The position numbers and the translations under genes were made by a program. From contig NZ_JAAGVY010000014.1 in assembly GCF_010686655.1 (NCBI RefSeq), positions 1 to 64,000 of the forward strand: a DNA stretch of 64,000 bases, in the 5' to 3' direction. The stretch is from Cryomorpha ignava. Lineage in GTDB: Bacteria; Bacteroidota; Bacteroidia; Flavobacteriales_D; Cryomorphaceae. Positions 16,470-26,223 of this stretch are shown piece by piece. The notes beneath the pieces were generated by a model. The model made no database searches. It was given only the letters and a program-made list of their open reading frames with translations, and was not told the DNA's origin. Every line of letters starts with the position of its first letter. Position 1 is the first letter of the stretch.

Positions 16470-19091
16470 TCAGGCTATCAAACTATCCATCTCTTCTTTA
16501 AGCGGTTTTCTAAAAACCACTTGACCATCAAAAACATCCATCACCAGAGGTTCATCCCTATCTACATCACCGGCTAATATTTGTTTGCTCAATGCATTTA
16601 GCACATCTTTTTGAATAAGTCTTTTTACCGGCCTTGCGCCAAATTGCGGATCATAACCTTTCTCTGCGAGATAGCTTATCGCATCTGGACTTGCGCTGAA
16701 ATCTATATTTCTGTCAAGCAATCTTTCTGCGAGTCTTTTCAATTGAAGTATGACAATGTTCTCGATATTTTTTCGAGTCAATTGTCTAAACATTACCACT
16801 TCGTCTATTCGATTTAAAAACTCGGGGCGAACAGATTTTTTAAGCAAGGCAAAAACTTCATTCTTAGTTTGTTCAGCCATTTCGTCTGAAAACCCCTCTC
16901 GTGCACTTTCGAAATTCTCTTGAATAATATCAGAACCAATATTCGAAGTCATGATAATAATGGTATTCTTGAAATTTACTTTCCTTCCTTTATTATCAGT
17001 CAATGTACCTTCGTCGAGTACCTGAAGCAAAATATTGAACACATCGGGATGCGCCTTCTCAATTTCATCAAGCAACACCACAGAATAAGGTTTTCTGCGA
17101 ACAGCTTCTGTAAGCTGGCCACCTTCTTCGTAACCAATATATCCGGGAGGTGCACCCACAAGTCTGCTTACGCTGTGACGCTCCTGATATTCGCTCATAT
17201 CAATACGTGTCATCGCGTGCGGATCGTTAAAAAGGTATTCGCTCAAGGCTTTGGCTACTTCAGTTTTACCAACTCCTGTAGTTCCCAGAAAGATAAACGA
17301 ACCTATCGGGCGCTGCTCATCCTGTAGTCCGGCTCTACTTCTACGTACTGCATCAGCAACAGCTGTAACCGCCTCATCCTGACCCACAACTTGTTTGTGA
17401 AGCACGGTTTCGAGGTGAAGTAATTTTTCACGTTCACTTTCAAGCATTTTGCGCACTGGAATCCCTGTCCACCTGCTCACTACATCAGCTATTTCTTCTT
17501 CGTCAACTTCCTCCTTAATCATCTTGGAGTTTTTCTGCTCATCAACTAATTGACGCTGGAACTCTGCAATTTTCTCTTCGCTCTCTTTTACTTTTCCATA
17601 GCGAATTTCGGCTACACGGCCGTAATCGCCTTCGCGTTCTGCTTTTTCGGCTTCAAATTTCAACTGCTCCACTTTTTCTTTTTCCTGCTGAATGCTCTCA
17701 ACGAGATTTCGCTCAGTTTGCCATTTAGCCGACAAGCTATCGCGCGTTTCTGAAAGGTTAGCAATTTCCTCGGCAAGATCCTGAAGTTTTGCCTGATCCT
17801 TTTCGCGTTTTATTGCCTCACGCTCAATTTCAAGCTGCATAATTTTTCGCTCTATCTCATCGAGCTCTTCAGGCTTAGAGTTTATCTCCATGCGAAGCTT
17901 AGAAGCTGCCTCGTCTATAAGATCAATAGCTTTGTCGGGAAGAAATCTGTCTGTAATATACCGTTGAGATAATTCTACCGCTGCTATTATTGCCGAATCT
18001 TTGATACGCACCTTGTGGTGAGCTTCGTATTTATCTTTGATACCGCGAAGAATGGAAATGGCCGCTTCACGATCGGGCTCATCTACCATTACCTTTTGAA
18101 AACGCCTCTCAAGGGCTTTGTCTTTTTCAAAATATTTTTGGTACTCATTAAGAGTGGTAGCTCCTACTGCGCGCAATTCTCCACGAGCAAGTGCCGGTTT
18201 CAAAATATTGGCGGCATCCATAGCTCCTTCACCACCACCGGCACCAACGAGAGTGTGAATCTCGTCTATAAACAAAATGATTTCGCCCTCTGCAGCAGTT
18301 ACTTCCTTAACAACTGCCTTGAGACGTTCCTCAAATTCACCTTTGTACTTCGCCCCGGCTATAAGCGCCGCCATATCAAGGCTAAAAACTTTTTTGTCGC
18401 GCAGGTTATCGGGCACATCTCCAGTTACAATTCTGTGTGCAATACCTTCAGCGATAGCTGTTTTCCCCGTTCCAGGCTCTCCAATTAAAATAGGATTATT
18501 TTTTGTCCGTCTGGTCAAAATTTGCAGCACTCTGCGTATTTCTTCGTCGCGACCTATTACAGGGTCTAGCTTACCTTCGGCTGCCAGTTCGTTCAGATTT
18601 TTGGCGTATTTATTTAACGCATTATACGTTTCTTCCTGGCTTGCGGAGGTTACTTTTTCACCTTTCCGTAGCTCAAGAATCGCCGCTTTTAAATTCTTTT
18701 TGGTGATTCCCTGATCCTTTAGAATGCGCGAACCTGAATCATCACCTTCAAGTACTGAGAGTAAAAGATGCTCGAGCGAAACAAATTCATCGCCAAACTC
18801 TTTTAGCAATGTGAATGATCTGTTTAGAGCGTCTCTCATTCCGCGACCCATTTGCACTTCGCCACCGGTAACTTTAGGGTAAGATGCAATTTGCTTGTCA
18901 AGCATCTGGTCAAAGAGATCCGTATTTACAGAAAGCTTTTTGAGTAAATACGGTACCACATTCTCGTCCACATCTATCATTGCTTTTAGCAAATGCGGAG
19001 TTTCCATTATTTGCCCTCCCGCTGATGCAACAATTTGCTGTGCACTCTGAATGGCTTCCTGCGATTTAATTGTAAGTTTTTGAAAATCCAT
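16470..19091 (-). CDS. clpB: ATP-dependent chaperone ClpB
   Basis: 873 aa. N-domain, two AAA+ modules ([13 protein letters not shown]... and [15 protein letters not shown]), a long M-domain coiled coil and a C-terminal ARPVKRLIQ motif. Confidence 0.95.
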   Translation of the reverse strand: MDFQKLTIKSQEAIQSAQQIVASAGGQIMETPHLLKAMIDVDENVVPYLLKKLSVNTDLFDQMLDKQIASYPKVTGGEVQMGRGMRDALNRSFTLLKEFGDEFVSLEHLLLSVLEGDDSGSRILKDQGITKKNLKAAILELRKGEKVTSASQEETYNALNKYAKNLNELAAEGKLDPVIGRDEEIRRVLQILTRRTKNNPILIGEPGTGKTAIAEGIAHRIVTGDVPDNLRDKKVFSLDMAALIAGAKYKGEFEERLKAVVKEVTAAEGEIILFIDEIHTLVGAGGGEGAMDAANILKPALARGELRAVGATTLNEYQKYFEKDKALERRFQKVMVDEPDREAAISILRGIKDKYEAHHKVRIKDSAIIAAVELSQRYITDRFLPDKAIDLIDEAASKLRMEINSKPEELDEIERKIMQLEIEREAIKREKDQAKLQDLAEEIANLSETRDSLSAKWQTERNLVESIQQEKEKVEQLKFEAEKAEREGDYGRVAEIRYGKVKESEEKIAEFQRQLVDEQKNSKMIKEEVDEEEIADVVSRWTGIPVRKMLESEREKLLHLETVLHKQVVGQDEAVTAVADAVRRSRAGLQDEQRPIGSFIFLGTTGVGKTEVAKALSEYLFNDPHAMTRIDMSEYQERHSVSRLVGAPPGYIGYEEGGQLTEAVRRKPYSVVLLDEIEKAHPDVFNILLQVLDEGTLTDNKGRKVNFKNTIIIMTSNIGSDIIQENFESAREGFSDEMAEQTKNEVFALLKKSVRPEFLNRIDEVVMFRQLTRKNIENIVILQLKRLAERLLDRNIDFSASPDAISYLAEKGYDPQFGARPVKRLIQKDVLNALSKQILAGDVDRDEPLVMDVFDGQVVFRKPLKEEMDSLIA

Positions 19092-19298
19092 TATATAGGG
19101 TTTAGTTTTTTAGAATCAAATGAACAGCTACGCCGGGTCAAATTTTAAGCCATTAGAGTAATTCGATACAAACGACCAACATAAGCGCTAAAATGGCAGT
19201 GGCATAACAATTATAATGACATTTTGGCTCGAAGGGTTTGTTAAAGATTTTAAATGTTTATTATTATCTTTAGTCAAATTATCAGAGATTTATAGGTT

Positions 19299-22200
19299 AT
19301 GAGATTGATGTTAGTCCTTTTATGTACTTTTTATTTTGCCTCACTATCAGCGCAAACCTATTGGGCAAAAAAAGAGGCAGGGTCAAACGTAGATGAAACA
19401 CTAGCTGTAACCGGCGACAATCTCGGCAACACTTATACCACCGGATACTTTAGCGGTTTAGCATCTATTGACGGTGTTACAAAAGTTGTAAGTGGGCTTA
19501 CTGATATTTTTATTTCCAAAATCAGTGCCAATGGTACAACTACCTGGGTGGTTGCCGCAGGCGGAAGTTCTTCTGACAGAGGTCTGGGAATTGCTGTTGA
19601 CAACGATCAAAACGTTATTGTCTCTGGCTTTTATAGCGGTACAATAAATTTTGGAAGTGGAATCTCTATTTCTTCAAATGCGGGTTCACAAGACGCGTTC
19701 GTTGCAAAATACGCTTCATCGGGCACTATAATCTGGGCAAAATCTGGAGGTAGCAGCGGCAATAGCGATCGGGCAAATGCGGTAGCTGTTGACAATAGCG
19801 GTAACATTTTCATTACAGGCCAATTTAACGGCGAAGCCTCCTTTGGGAATCTTAGCCTTTCAAGTTTAAACAATTCTATTGACGCCTTTATTGTGAAGTA
19901 CGATGCAGCCGGAAATGAACTTTGGGCAAAAAAGGGGAGTGGAACCGCCATTGACCGGGGTCTTTCTATTACTACCGACAATTCAGGAAGCGCTTATGCC
20001 GTGGGGCAGTTTAGCGACGATATTACTTTCGATAATCTCTATTCCAATACCATTCTCAACGCACTTTTTATCATTAAATATTCCTCTTCGGGAAGTGAAG
20101 AGTGGTTTAGATATGCCGGTGGCAGTGAGCAAAGCATCGCAAACAGCGTAACTTCAGATGGCTCGAACATATTCCTAACCGGAGATTTTGGAAACTCAAT
20201 TACCTTTCTCGGTTCGGGAAATTCTACCCTTAATTCGGGCTACGCCAATGCTGTTTTTTTAGCGTCATACTCTCCGTCAGGCAGCTTATTATGGAAACAA
20301 AGTCAGGGCAGCTCTAGTGCTGTCTCGGCCCGCGGCATTTCCATAAATAACGGTCAGATAGGCGTGGCCGGCTGGCATGAATGTACCTTTGAATCGCTAA
20401 GCGATATATACGGTGAAGCGACTTTTAACTCTCTGGGTTATAAAGATGTCTTTGTAATGCGTTATTCTTCGTCCGGAGCGTTTGATTTTGCACGAAATTT
20501 CGGATCGCCTACTGATGAAATAGCAACCGGCATCCACGTCCAAATAGATGGAAAAGAGGTTATTACGGGTGTTTATAGAGAGAAACTCTACATTCCCGTT
20601 GGCAGCGCAGTAGTAGCGGGGCTTACTGATGTTATTGGATCTCCAAATGTGGGCTTAACATATTGTGGCGATTCTAATTACGGACGGTTTGGCAAGCTGG
20701 AGTCAATGTCCGGTTTTGCAGAAGATGGATTTACCATTAGAGCGATTAACCCAAACCGAGCGCCTCTGGATATGTACAAACGCTTCGGATCGGGGTGTGA
20801 CCTATCCATTCCAGATGCATGTATCGGTAGGCCTGCAACGCCATTAAGCTATACTTGCGAAGACTTGCTGATAGGATGCTCACCATTCCTGGTTCATGCA
20901 ATCAATTTTGTTCCCGTAAATTCAGAAATTGGGTTCATGTCAAATTATTCCTGGTCTCCGCCTAATAATATTTCTTATTTCAGTGTAACCCAACCGGGTG
21001 ATTTATCTGTTACAATTACAAGTAAAGACGGATGTTACACTTCAACTGCATCGGTGGTGGTTGATATTTATCCCGCAGCTATAAGTCCACTACTCAGCGA
21101 TGATGCCGGTGTAAATAATTTGGCCTCAAATCCGTCTCCCATATTTTTATGTCCTGGCGATGAAGTAGATCTTTGGTGTGAATATGAGCCCGGTTATACA
21201 TTTTTCTGGACTGGTCCAGGCATTGACGTTACAGGGCAAACAAACAATGAAACTGTAACAGTATCGCAACCTGGAGTTTATCACTTTAATGTAGTAAGTC
21301 CGGATGGATGTAGCAAAGGCGTTGCCGTTCAAGTATTTTTTATTCAAGTTCCGCCAGAAAATTTGGAACCATATCTAAATTTTGGAATTCCCGGCGATAC
21401 GGTATTGATATGCGGATCTGCCACCGCCAGTGTAGCAGCTTACGACTATTTAACAGACGATCTTATTCCGCATCAGCCATACGATTTTACCTGGTCAATT
21501 ACTCCTCCCGGCGGAATTTTTGGAACCACAGCCTTGGCTTCTATAACCATTTCAGAGAGCGGCTGGTACACCATTACCCTAGAAATTGAGACGGAAGATA
21601 ATCCCTGTCTGGACGAACCTCAGATCTATACAGTCAGTGACTCTGTTTATGCACTTTTAAGGCCTGTACCCGTTGTTGAATTTACCCTCACAGGACCCGG
21701 CTTTACTTGTCCCGGTGACACCATCACCCTCTATACTGAATATTCGGAAGGTACCCCGACTTTTAATTTTAATGTAATCGAAGATTTTGGCGACAGCCTC
21801 TACGTTTATGGAGACGGGAATTATAATGCAAGCCTCACTATTACAAATGAGTTTGGCTGTTCAACAACAAAAATTCAGACGCTTGTTATTACAACAGCGC
21901 CTACACCTTCCATTATTATGTTACCTGAAACGGGTGCGATTTGTCCCGGCGACAGTATCTTGTTGGTTGCCAGCTCAGCAGGCACGCCTCAGTGGCAGGG
22001 ACCCTCAGGAAACTTAGGCAATCAGGATAGCTTGTATGTTTCTGAAGCTGGCCTTTATTATGCGGAAGTAACTTTTTATGCAGGCTGTGCATTGGTGTCA
22101 AATACGGTTCAGATTTCAGAATATTCTACCCCCTTTCTCGAAGGGAGCGGAGGGGTGCTTTGCCAGGGCGATACCATTGAAATAAGCATTGTAAGTACTT

Positions 22201-23531
22201 CTATTACAAACATCTCATGGCAAGATCCCTTTTCAGGGTCAGATACAAGTCAGGTGGTGACCCAGCCCGGAATTTATACAGTTCAAGTTACCAGTTGCAA
22301 TATTGTTTCCGAAATTTCTATTGAAGTGAGTGCAGATACCAATTCAGTATTTATCCAACAACCCGATTTAACTCCGGTTTGCGAAGGAGATAGCATTTTA
22401 ATAGAAGCTATACCAGCTGATTATCCGCAATACTCGTGGACTCAACCGGGCAGCGACTCTGAAATTTATGTAACCAGTCCTGGTACTATTCAGGCCACAG
22501 TTATCGATGAGTTTAACTGTACACTTTTATCAAATGTAATACAAATCGATTTTGAACCTATTCCGCCATTGCCAGTTTTTCAATTCGCGCCAATATGTGA
22601 GGGCGAAAACCAAATAGTGAATATTGCCCAGCCATATGCGGTAAATTACACAGATGGCCTTAACGGTGCTGTTTTACAAAACAATCCTCAATTTACTATT
22701 CCCTCATTTTATGGTGATACAACGCTTTTTGCTTACCTGAACTCACAATATTGTATTGGACCCGCTGATAGTATTACAATAAGCGCAAAACCTTATCCCG
22801 ATGAGCCCATTCTCGTCACTGATGCTCCCGTGTGTACGGGCACCTCACTCAATTTGGTTGTTATAAACTCAGAGCCAAATGTGGTTTATCAATGGCTTTC
22901 GCCAACAGGGTCAATATTTACAGGAAATGATGTGGACTACGGAGTCTCTAACCTGGATGATGAGGGAATTTACTATTGCCACGCAAATTTAGCTGGATGC
23001 ATAAGTGATACTGCACTCATTGAAGTAGCACTTTTTGAAACCAGAAGAGTAATATTACCACCTGATACAAATATGTGCTATAAAGCCGATTTCTCTGTAA
23101 AGCCTACTGAAACCTTTGCCACATACCTTTGGCAGGATGGCTCAGAAGCGGCATTCTTCAAACCGTCCGAAAGTGCTGATTTATTCTTGATAACGACAGA
23201 TGAAAATGGATGCCAATCGGTTGACGAGATGCGTATCAATATTGTAGATTGCACCGTTACTATTCCAAATATTTTTACCCCTAATGGCGATGGCTATAAC
23301 GATGGGTGGATAGGAACAACAGAAGATCCTTTATTTTACAAAGTAGTAGTTTACAACAGATGGGGACGAATAGTATTTGAATCAAACAGTGTGAATAACG
23401 CCTGGGATGGCACACATTATAAAACAAATGAACCTTGCTCTGAAGGAGTTTATTTTTACATTTTAAGGCTCAATAATTTTGAGGGAATGGCATTTGAACA
23501 AACTGGAAATGTGACGCTTATCAGAGAGTAA
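19299..23531 (+). CDS. Large secreted beta-propeller-repeat protein with T9SS type-B (gliding-motility-associated) C-terminal domain
   Basis: Signal peptide. The N-terminal half has repeated ...DxGxxIAVDNSGNIxITGxFxGxxxFG... units (SBBP-like beta-propeller). The C-terminus IPNIFTPNGDGYNDGW...VVYNRWGRIVFES...WDG is the T9SS type-B sorting domain. Confidence 0.8.
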   Translation: MRLMLVLLCTFYFASLSAQTYWAKKEAGSNVDETLAVTGDNLGNTYTTGYFSGLASIDGVTKVVSGLTDIFISKISANGTTTWVVAAGGSSSDRGLGIAVDNDQNVIVSGFYSGTINFGSGISISSNAGSQDAFVAKYASSGTIIWAKSGGSSGNSDRANAVAVDNSGNIFITGQFNGEASFGNLSLSSLNNSIDAFIVKYDAAGNELWAKKGSGTAIDRGLSITTDNSGSAYAVGQFSDDITFDNLYSNTILNALFIIKYSSSGSEEWFRYAGGSEQSIANSVTSDGSNIFLTGDFGNSITFLGSGNSTLNSGYANAVFLASYSPSGSLLWKQSQGSSSAVSARGISINNGQIGVAGWHECTFESLSDIYGEATFNSLGYKDVFVMRYSSSGAFDFARNFGSPTDEIATGIHVQIDGKEVITGVYREKLYIPVGSAVVAGLTDVIGSPNVGLTYCGDSNYGRFGKLESMSGFAEDGFTIRAINPNRAPLDMYKRFGSGCDLSIPDACIGRPATPLSYTCEDLLIGCSPFLVHAINFVPVNSEIGFMSNYSWSPPNNISYFSVTQPGDLSVTITSKDGCYTSTASVVVDIYPAAISPLLSDDAGVNNLASNPSPIFLCPGDEVDLWCEYEPGYTFFWTGPGIDVTGQTNNETVTVSQPGVYHFNVVSPDGCSKGVAVQVFFIQVPPENLEPYLNFGIPGDTVLICGSATASVAAYDYLTDDLIPHQPYDFTWSITPPGGIFGTTALASITISESGWYTITLEIETEDNPCLDEPQIYTVSDSVYALLRPVPVVEFTLTGPGFTCPGDTITLYTEYSEGTPTFNFNVIEDFGDSLYVYGDGNYNASLTITNEFGCSTTKIQTLVITTAPTPSIIMLPETGAICPGDSILLVASSAGTPQWQGPSGNLGNQDSLYVSEAGLYYAEVTFYAGCALVSNTVQISEYSTPFLEGSGGVLCQGDTIEISIVSTSITNISWQDPFSGSDTSQVVTQPGIYTVQVTSCNIVSEISIEVSADTNSVFIQQPDLTPVCEGDSILIEAIPADYPQYSWTQPGSDSEIYVTSPGTIQATVIDEFNCTLLSNVIQIDFEPIPPLPVFQFAPICEGENQIVNIAQPYAVNYTDGLNGAVLQNNPQFTIPSFYGDTTLFAYLNSQYCIGPADSITISAKPYPDEPILVTDAPVCTGTSLNLVVINSEPNVVYQWLSPTGSIFTGNDVDYGVSNLDDEGIYYCHANLAGCISDTALIEVALFETRRVILPPDTNMCYKADFSVKPTETFATYLWQDGSEAAFFKPSESADLFLITTDENGCQSVDEMRINIVDCTVTIPNIFTPNGDGYNDGWIGTTEDPLFYKVVVYNRWGRIVFESNSVNNAWDGTHYKTNEPCSEGVYFYILRLNNFEGMAFEQTGNVTLIRE

Positions 23532-24288
23532 AACGCTTTATGAGTCTCAGTTTATGCGAATATGCTTTTATATCTTCATTGTAAATCCCCTGATGATCTA
23601 AGGTGTCAATACGCACCGATCCGCTGGCATGGATAATTTTACCGTTTTCAAGAATAATTCCTACATGAGTAATCCGTCCTTCACTATTGTCAAAAAATGC
23701 GAGATCACCAGGCTCGGTTAAGTCAATAAAATCTACTGCTTCACCTTTTTCGGCTTGCTGCCAGGCATCCCTAGGCAACGATATTCCTGCGCAAGCAGTA
23801 ACTACCTGCGTATATCCAGAGCAATCAATCCCCATAGCGGTTTTACCACCCCAAAGATAAGGGGCATGAAGTAGCCTGCGTGCATGGCGAATTATGCTTT
23901 CTGAATCGTGCCGTGCCACTCTGCCATCAAATTCAAAATGCGCTCCATTAACTTCAAATCTACCTTCGTGATAGGCGGGCAGGGGAGAGCCGCAAGGAAT
24001 AAAAAAGCGCTTCCCGACTTTGTCTGTAATTTGACCTATCGCATCACCACATCTCTTAATAGATTGAAATTCAGCTTCTTTCAACTCACCTTCGCTCATT
24101 TCACTATGCTGCTTCCGGTCTATCCAGCATTGGTAGCTGTCGGCTTCAATCTCTATCAATAGCCACTTTTTTTCAGTTTCAAGTACGCGATAGGTCTCAC
24201 CAAACAAGACTTGGGTAACCATTTCAGCTTTATCTGATGGCTCTGCCCTTCCGGGAATAATGGGATGTTTTGATGTACCGAAACTCAT
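23521..24288 (-). CDS. C40 family (NlpC/P60) peptidase with N-terminal SH3-like region
   Basis: Catalytic-Cys context LWGGKTAMGIDCSGYTQVV and a downstream ITHVGIIL His region. Confidence 0.8.
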   Translation of the reverse strand: MSFGTSKHPIIPGRAEPSDKAEMVTQVLFGETYRVLETEKKWLLIEIEADSYQCWIDRKQHSEMSEGELKEAEFQSIKRCGDAIGQITDKVGKRFFIPCGSPLPAYHEGRFEVNGAHFEFDGRVARHDSESIIRHARRLLHAPYLWGGKTAMGIDCSGYTQVVTACAGISLPRDAWQQAEKGEAVDFIDLTEPGDLAFFDNSEGRITHVGIILENGKIIHASGSVRIDTLDHQGIYNEDIKAYSHKLRLIKRFTL

Positions 24289-24303
24289 AAATTTGCTTTT
24301 AGA

Positions 24304-25146
24304 TTACGGAATCCACTTAATGTTTTTAAAATTTGGTTTTCTCTTTTCCAGAAATGCATTTCTCCCTTCCTTAGCTTCATCTGTCATGTAAGCGAGTCTG
24401 GTTGCTTCACCTGCAAAAATCTGCTGTCCCACCATCCCATCGTCAGTGGCATTAAAGGCAAACTTGAGCATTTTTATAGAAGTAGGCGATTTTTCTAGAA
24501 TTTCCTGTGCCCAGGCATATGCAGTATCTTCCAATTCTACATGTGGAATTACGGCATTAACCATTCCCATATCAAAGGCATCTTGTGCACTGTAATTTCT
24601 TCCAAGGAAGAATATTTCGCGGGCACGCTTTTGGCCAATCATTTTAGCGAGATACGCAGAACCGTAACCTCCGTCAAAACTCGTTACATCTGCATCAGTC
24701 TGTTTAAAAATAGCATGTTCTTTACTGGCAAGTGATAAATCGCAAACCACATGCAAGCTATGACCGCCACCAACTGCCCAACCCGGAACAACGGCTATAA
24801 CAACCTTCGGCATAAACCTTATAAGCCGCTGTACTTCAAGGATATTAAGACGCGGCATCCCGTCATCATCAACATATCCCTGGTGGCCTCGGGTGCGCTG
24901 ATCGCCACCACTACAAAAAGAATAAACACCATCTTTTGTTGAAGGCCCTTCGGCCGAAAAAAGGACAACGCCAATTGAAGTATCTTCACGAGCATCTAAA
25001 AATGCCTGGTACAATTCGCCAACAGTTTTTGGTCTGAAGGCATTTCTTACATTCGGTCTGTTAAAAGCTATACGAGCTACCCCATTACATTTTTTGTAAG
25101 TTATATCTTCAAATTCCTTTACTGTTTTCCAATCAGGTGATTTCAT
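24304..25146 (-). CDS. menB: 1,4-dihydroxy-2-naphthoyl-CoA synthase
   Basis: Crotonase fold with the MenB signatures FCSGGDQRTRG and AVVPGWAVGGGHSLHVVCDLSLAS, ~280 aa. Confidence 0.9.
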   Translation of the reverse strand: MKSPDWKTVKEFEDITYKKCNGVARIAFNRPNVRNAFRPKTVGELYQAFLDAREDTSIGVVLFSAEGPSTKDGVYSFCSGGDQRTRGHQGYVDDDGMPRLNILEVQRLIRFMPKVVIAVVPGWAVGGGHSLHVVCDLSLASKEHAIFKQTDADVTSFDGGYGSAYLAKMIGQKRAREIFFLGRNYSAQDAFDMGMVNAVIPHVELEDTAYAWAQEILEKSPTSIKMLKFAFNATDDGMVGQQIFAGEATRLAYMTDEAKEGRNAFLEKRKPNFKNIKWIP

Positions 25147-25182
25147 GTATTCAATTATTCAAGGTGATTTGATTCACCGGTG

Positions 25183-25809
25183 TTAAGACTGCTTTTGTCT
25201 GCGTCTATTCAGCACTTCTTCCCTCGGTAAACTATAAAGCTGATCAATGGATGATTTTAGATTTTCGCGTTCCGCGTCTGTCATTATTGCCTCTAATCTT
25301 GCTTTGTCAGAATCTGATTCTGATAAAGATGCGGCAAGTGCAACATTCATTATTAAAGTGTTGCGCTTTAATCTATGATCCACTTTCATGGTATCAATAA
25401 TGCTTATAAATCCGTCTATTGATTCGCTATATTTTTTATTTGCTTCATCTCTTTTTCCCTGCAATTCATATTCCATACCGAGCTGAAGCGTTGAATAAGG
25501 ATCTTTTAAGTTTGAACCATCTAATTGTTCAAGTATTTTAGAAACATTTTCAAAATCGCCTGACCTAGAATATATATTCATTTTAGCGTTATAGAAATTT
25601 TTATTATCAGGATCGAGAGCAATTGCCTGATCCAGCAATGCCAAACTTTTTTCGATACTGGTTGCATCTTTGTTTTGGGCTGCCATTTTAACCGCAGAAT
25701 CGCGCAGAGCAACCGCCTGCTCTTGTGGAGTTTTTGTTGTTTCTGTAGGTTCATTATTGCTACAGGCGGCTATTACCAAAATAAGGAAAGCGTATTTAAT
25801 CTTGTTCAT
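25183..25809 (-). CDS. TPR-like lipoprotein, function unknown
   Basis: Lipoprotein signal (LILVIAACSNNE) followed by TPR-like helical repeats. Confidence 0.5.
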   Translation of the reverse strand: MNKIKYAFLILVIAACSNNEPTETTKTPQEQAVALRDSAVKMAAQNKDATSIEKSLALLDQAIALDPDNKNFYNAKMNIYSRSGDFENVSKILEQLDGSNLKDPYSTLQLGMEYELQGKRDEANKKYSESIDGFISIIDTMKVDHRLKRNTLIMNVALAASLSESDSDKARLEAIMTDAERENLKSSIDQLYSLPREEVLNRRRQKQS

Positions 25810-26223
25810 AATCTTCTAGTTGAATTTCCTGCAAAAATAAGAGATATCTCATGTGATACACGTTTGGATCAACATAGTTTTTAACGATCGGAATTTAAAC
25901 AGCAAAAAAGAACGGAAAAGGACGAAAAATATCAAGTAAGACTATTTCTATATAGTTGCTAAGCCAAAAGTTTCAAAGACTAAAGTGAATTATTAGGCAA
26001 TAATTATAGTTAATTCAGAGCAAATGGAAAATTTATTTTACGAAAAAAAGGCTTTATCGAAATATCCAGTGACTAGCTTACAGAGTTTTATGGAAAGGAT
26101 GAGTATTGTTATATTATTTTACCACATTTGTAACTAGAACTTTTACAAACGATGCTGCGTAAAGGAATTACTAAGATTTACAACCTGCAACTGTAAATTT
26201 AAAAGAGGAAAGGAGCCCAATAA

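Noticed and set aside
16611-18714. Several 60-157-aa plus-strand ORFs inside the clpB coding region
   Set aside because: They are antisense to a highly conserved gene. They have low-complexity, Cys/Phe-rich translations typical of shadow ORFs.
19100-19298. Candidate Bacteroidota-type promoters (TTG / TAnnTTTG) for divergent clpB and the beta-propeller cargo gene
   Set aside because: Several weak matches exist, but none is close enough to consensus with correct spacing to call without transcription-start-site data.
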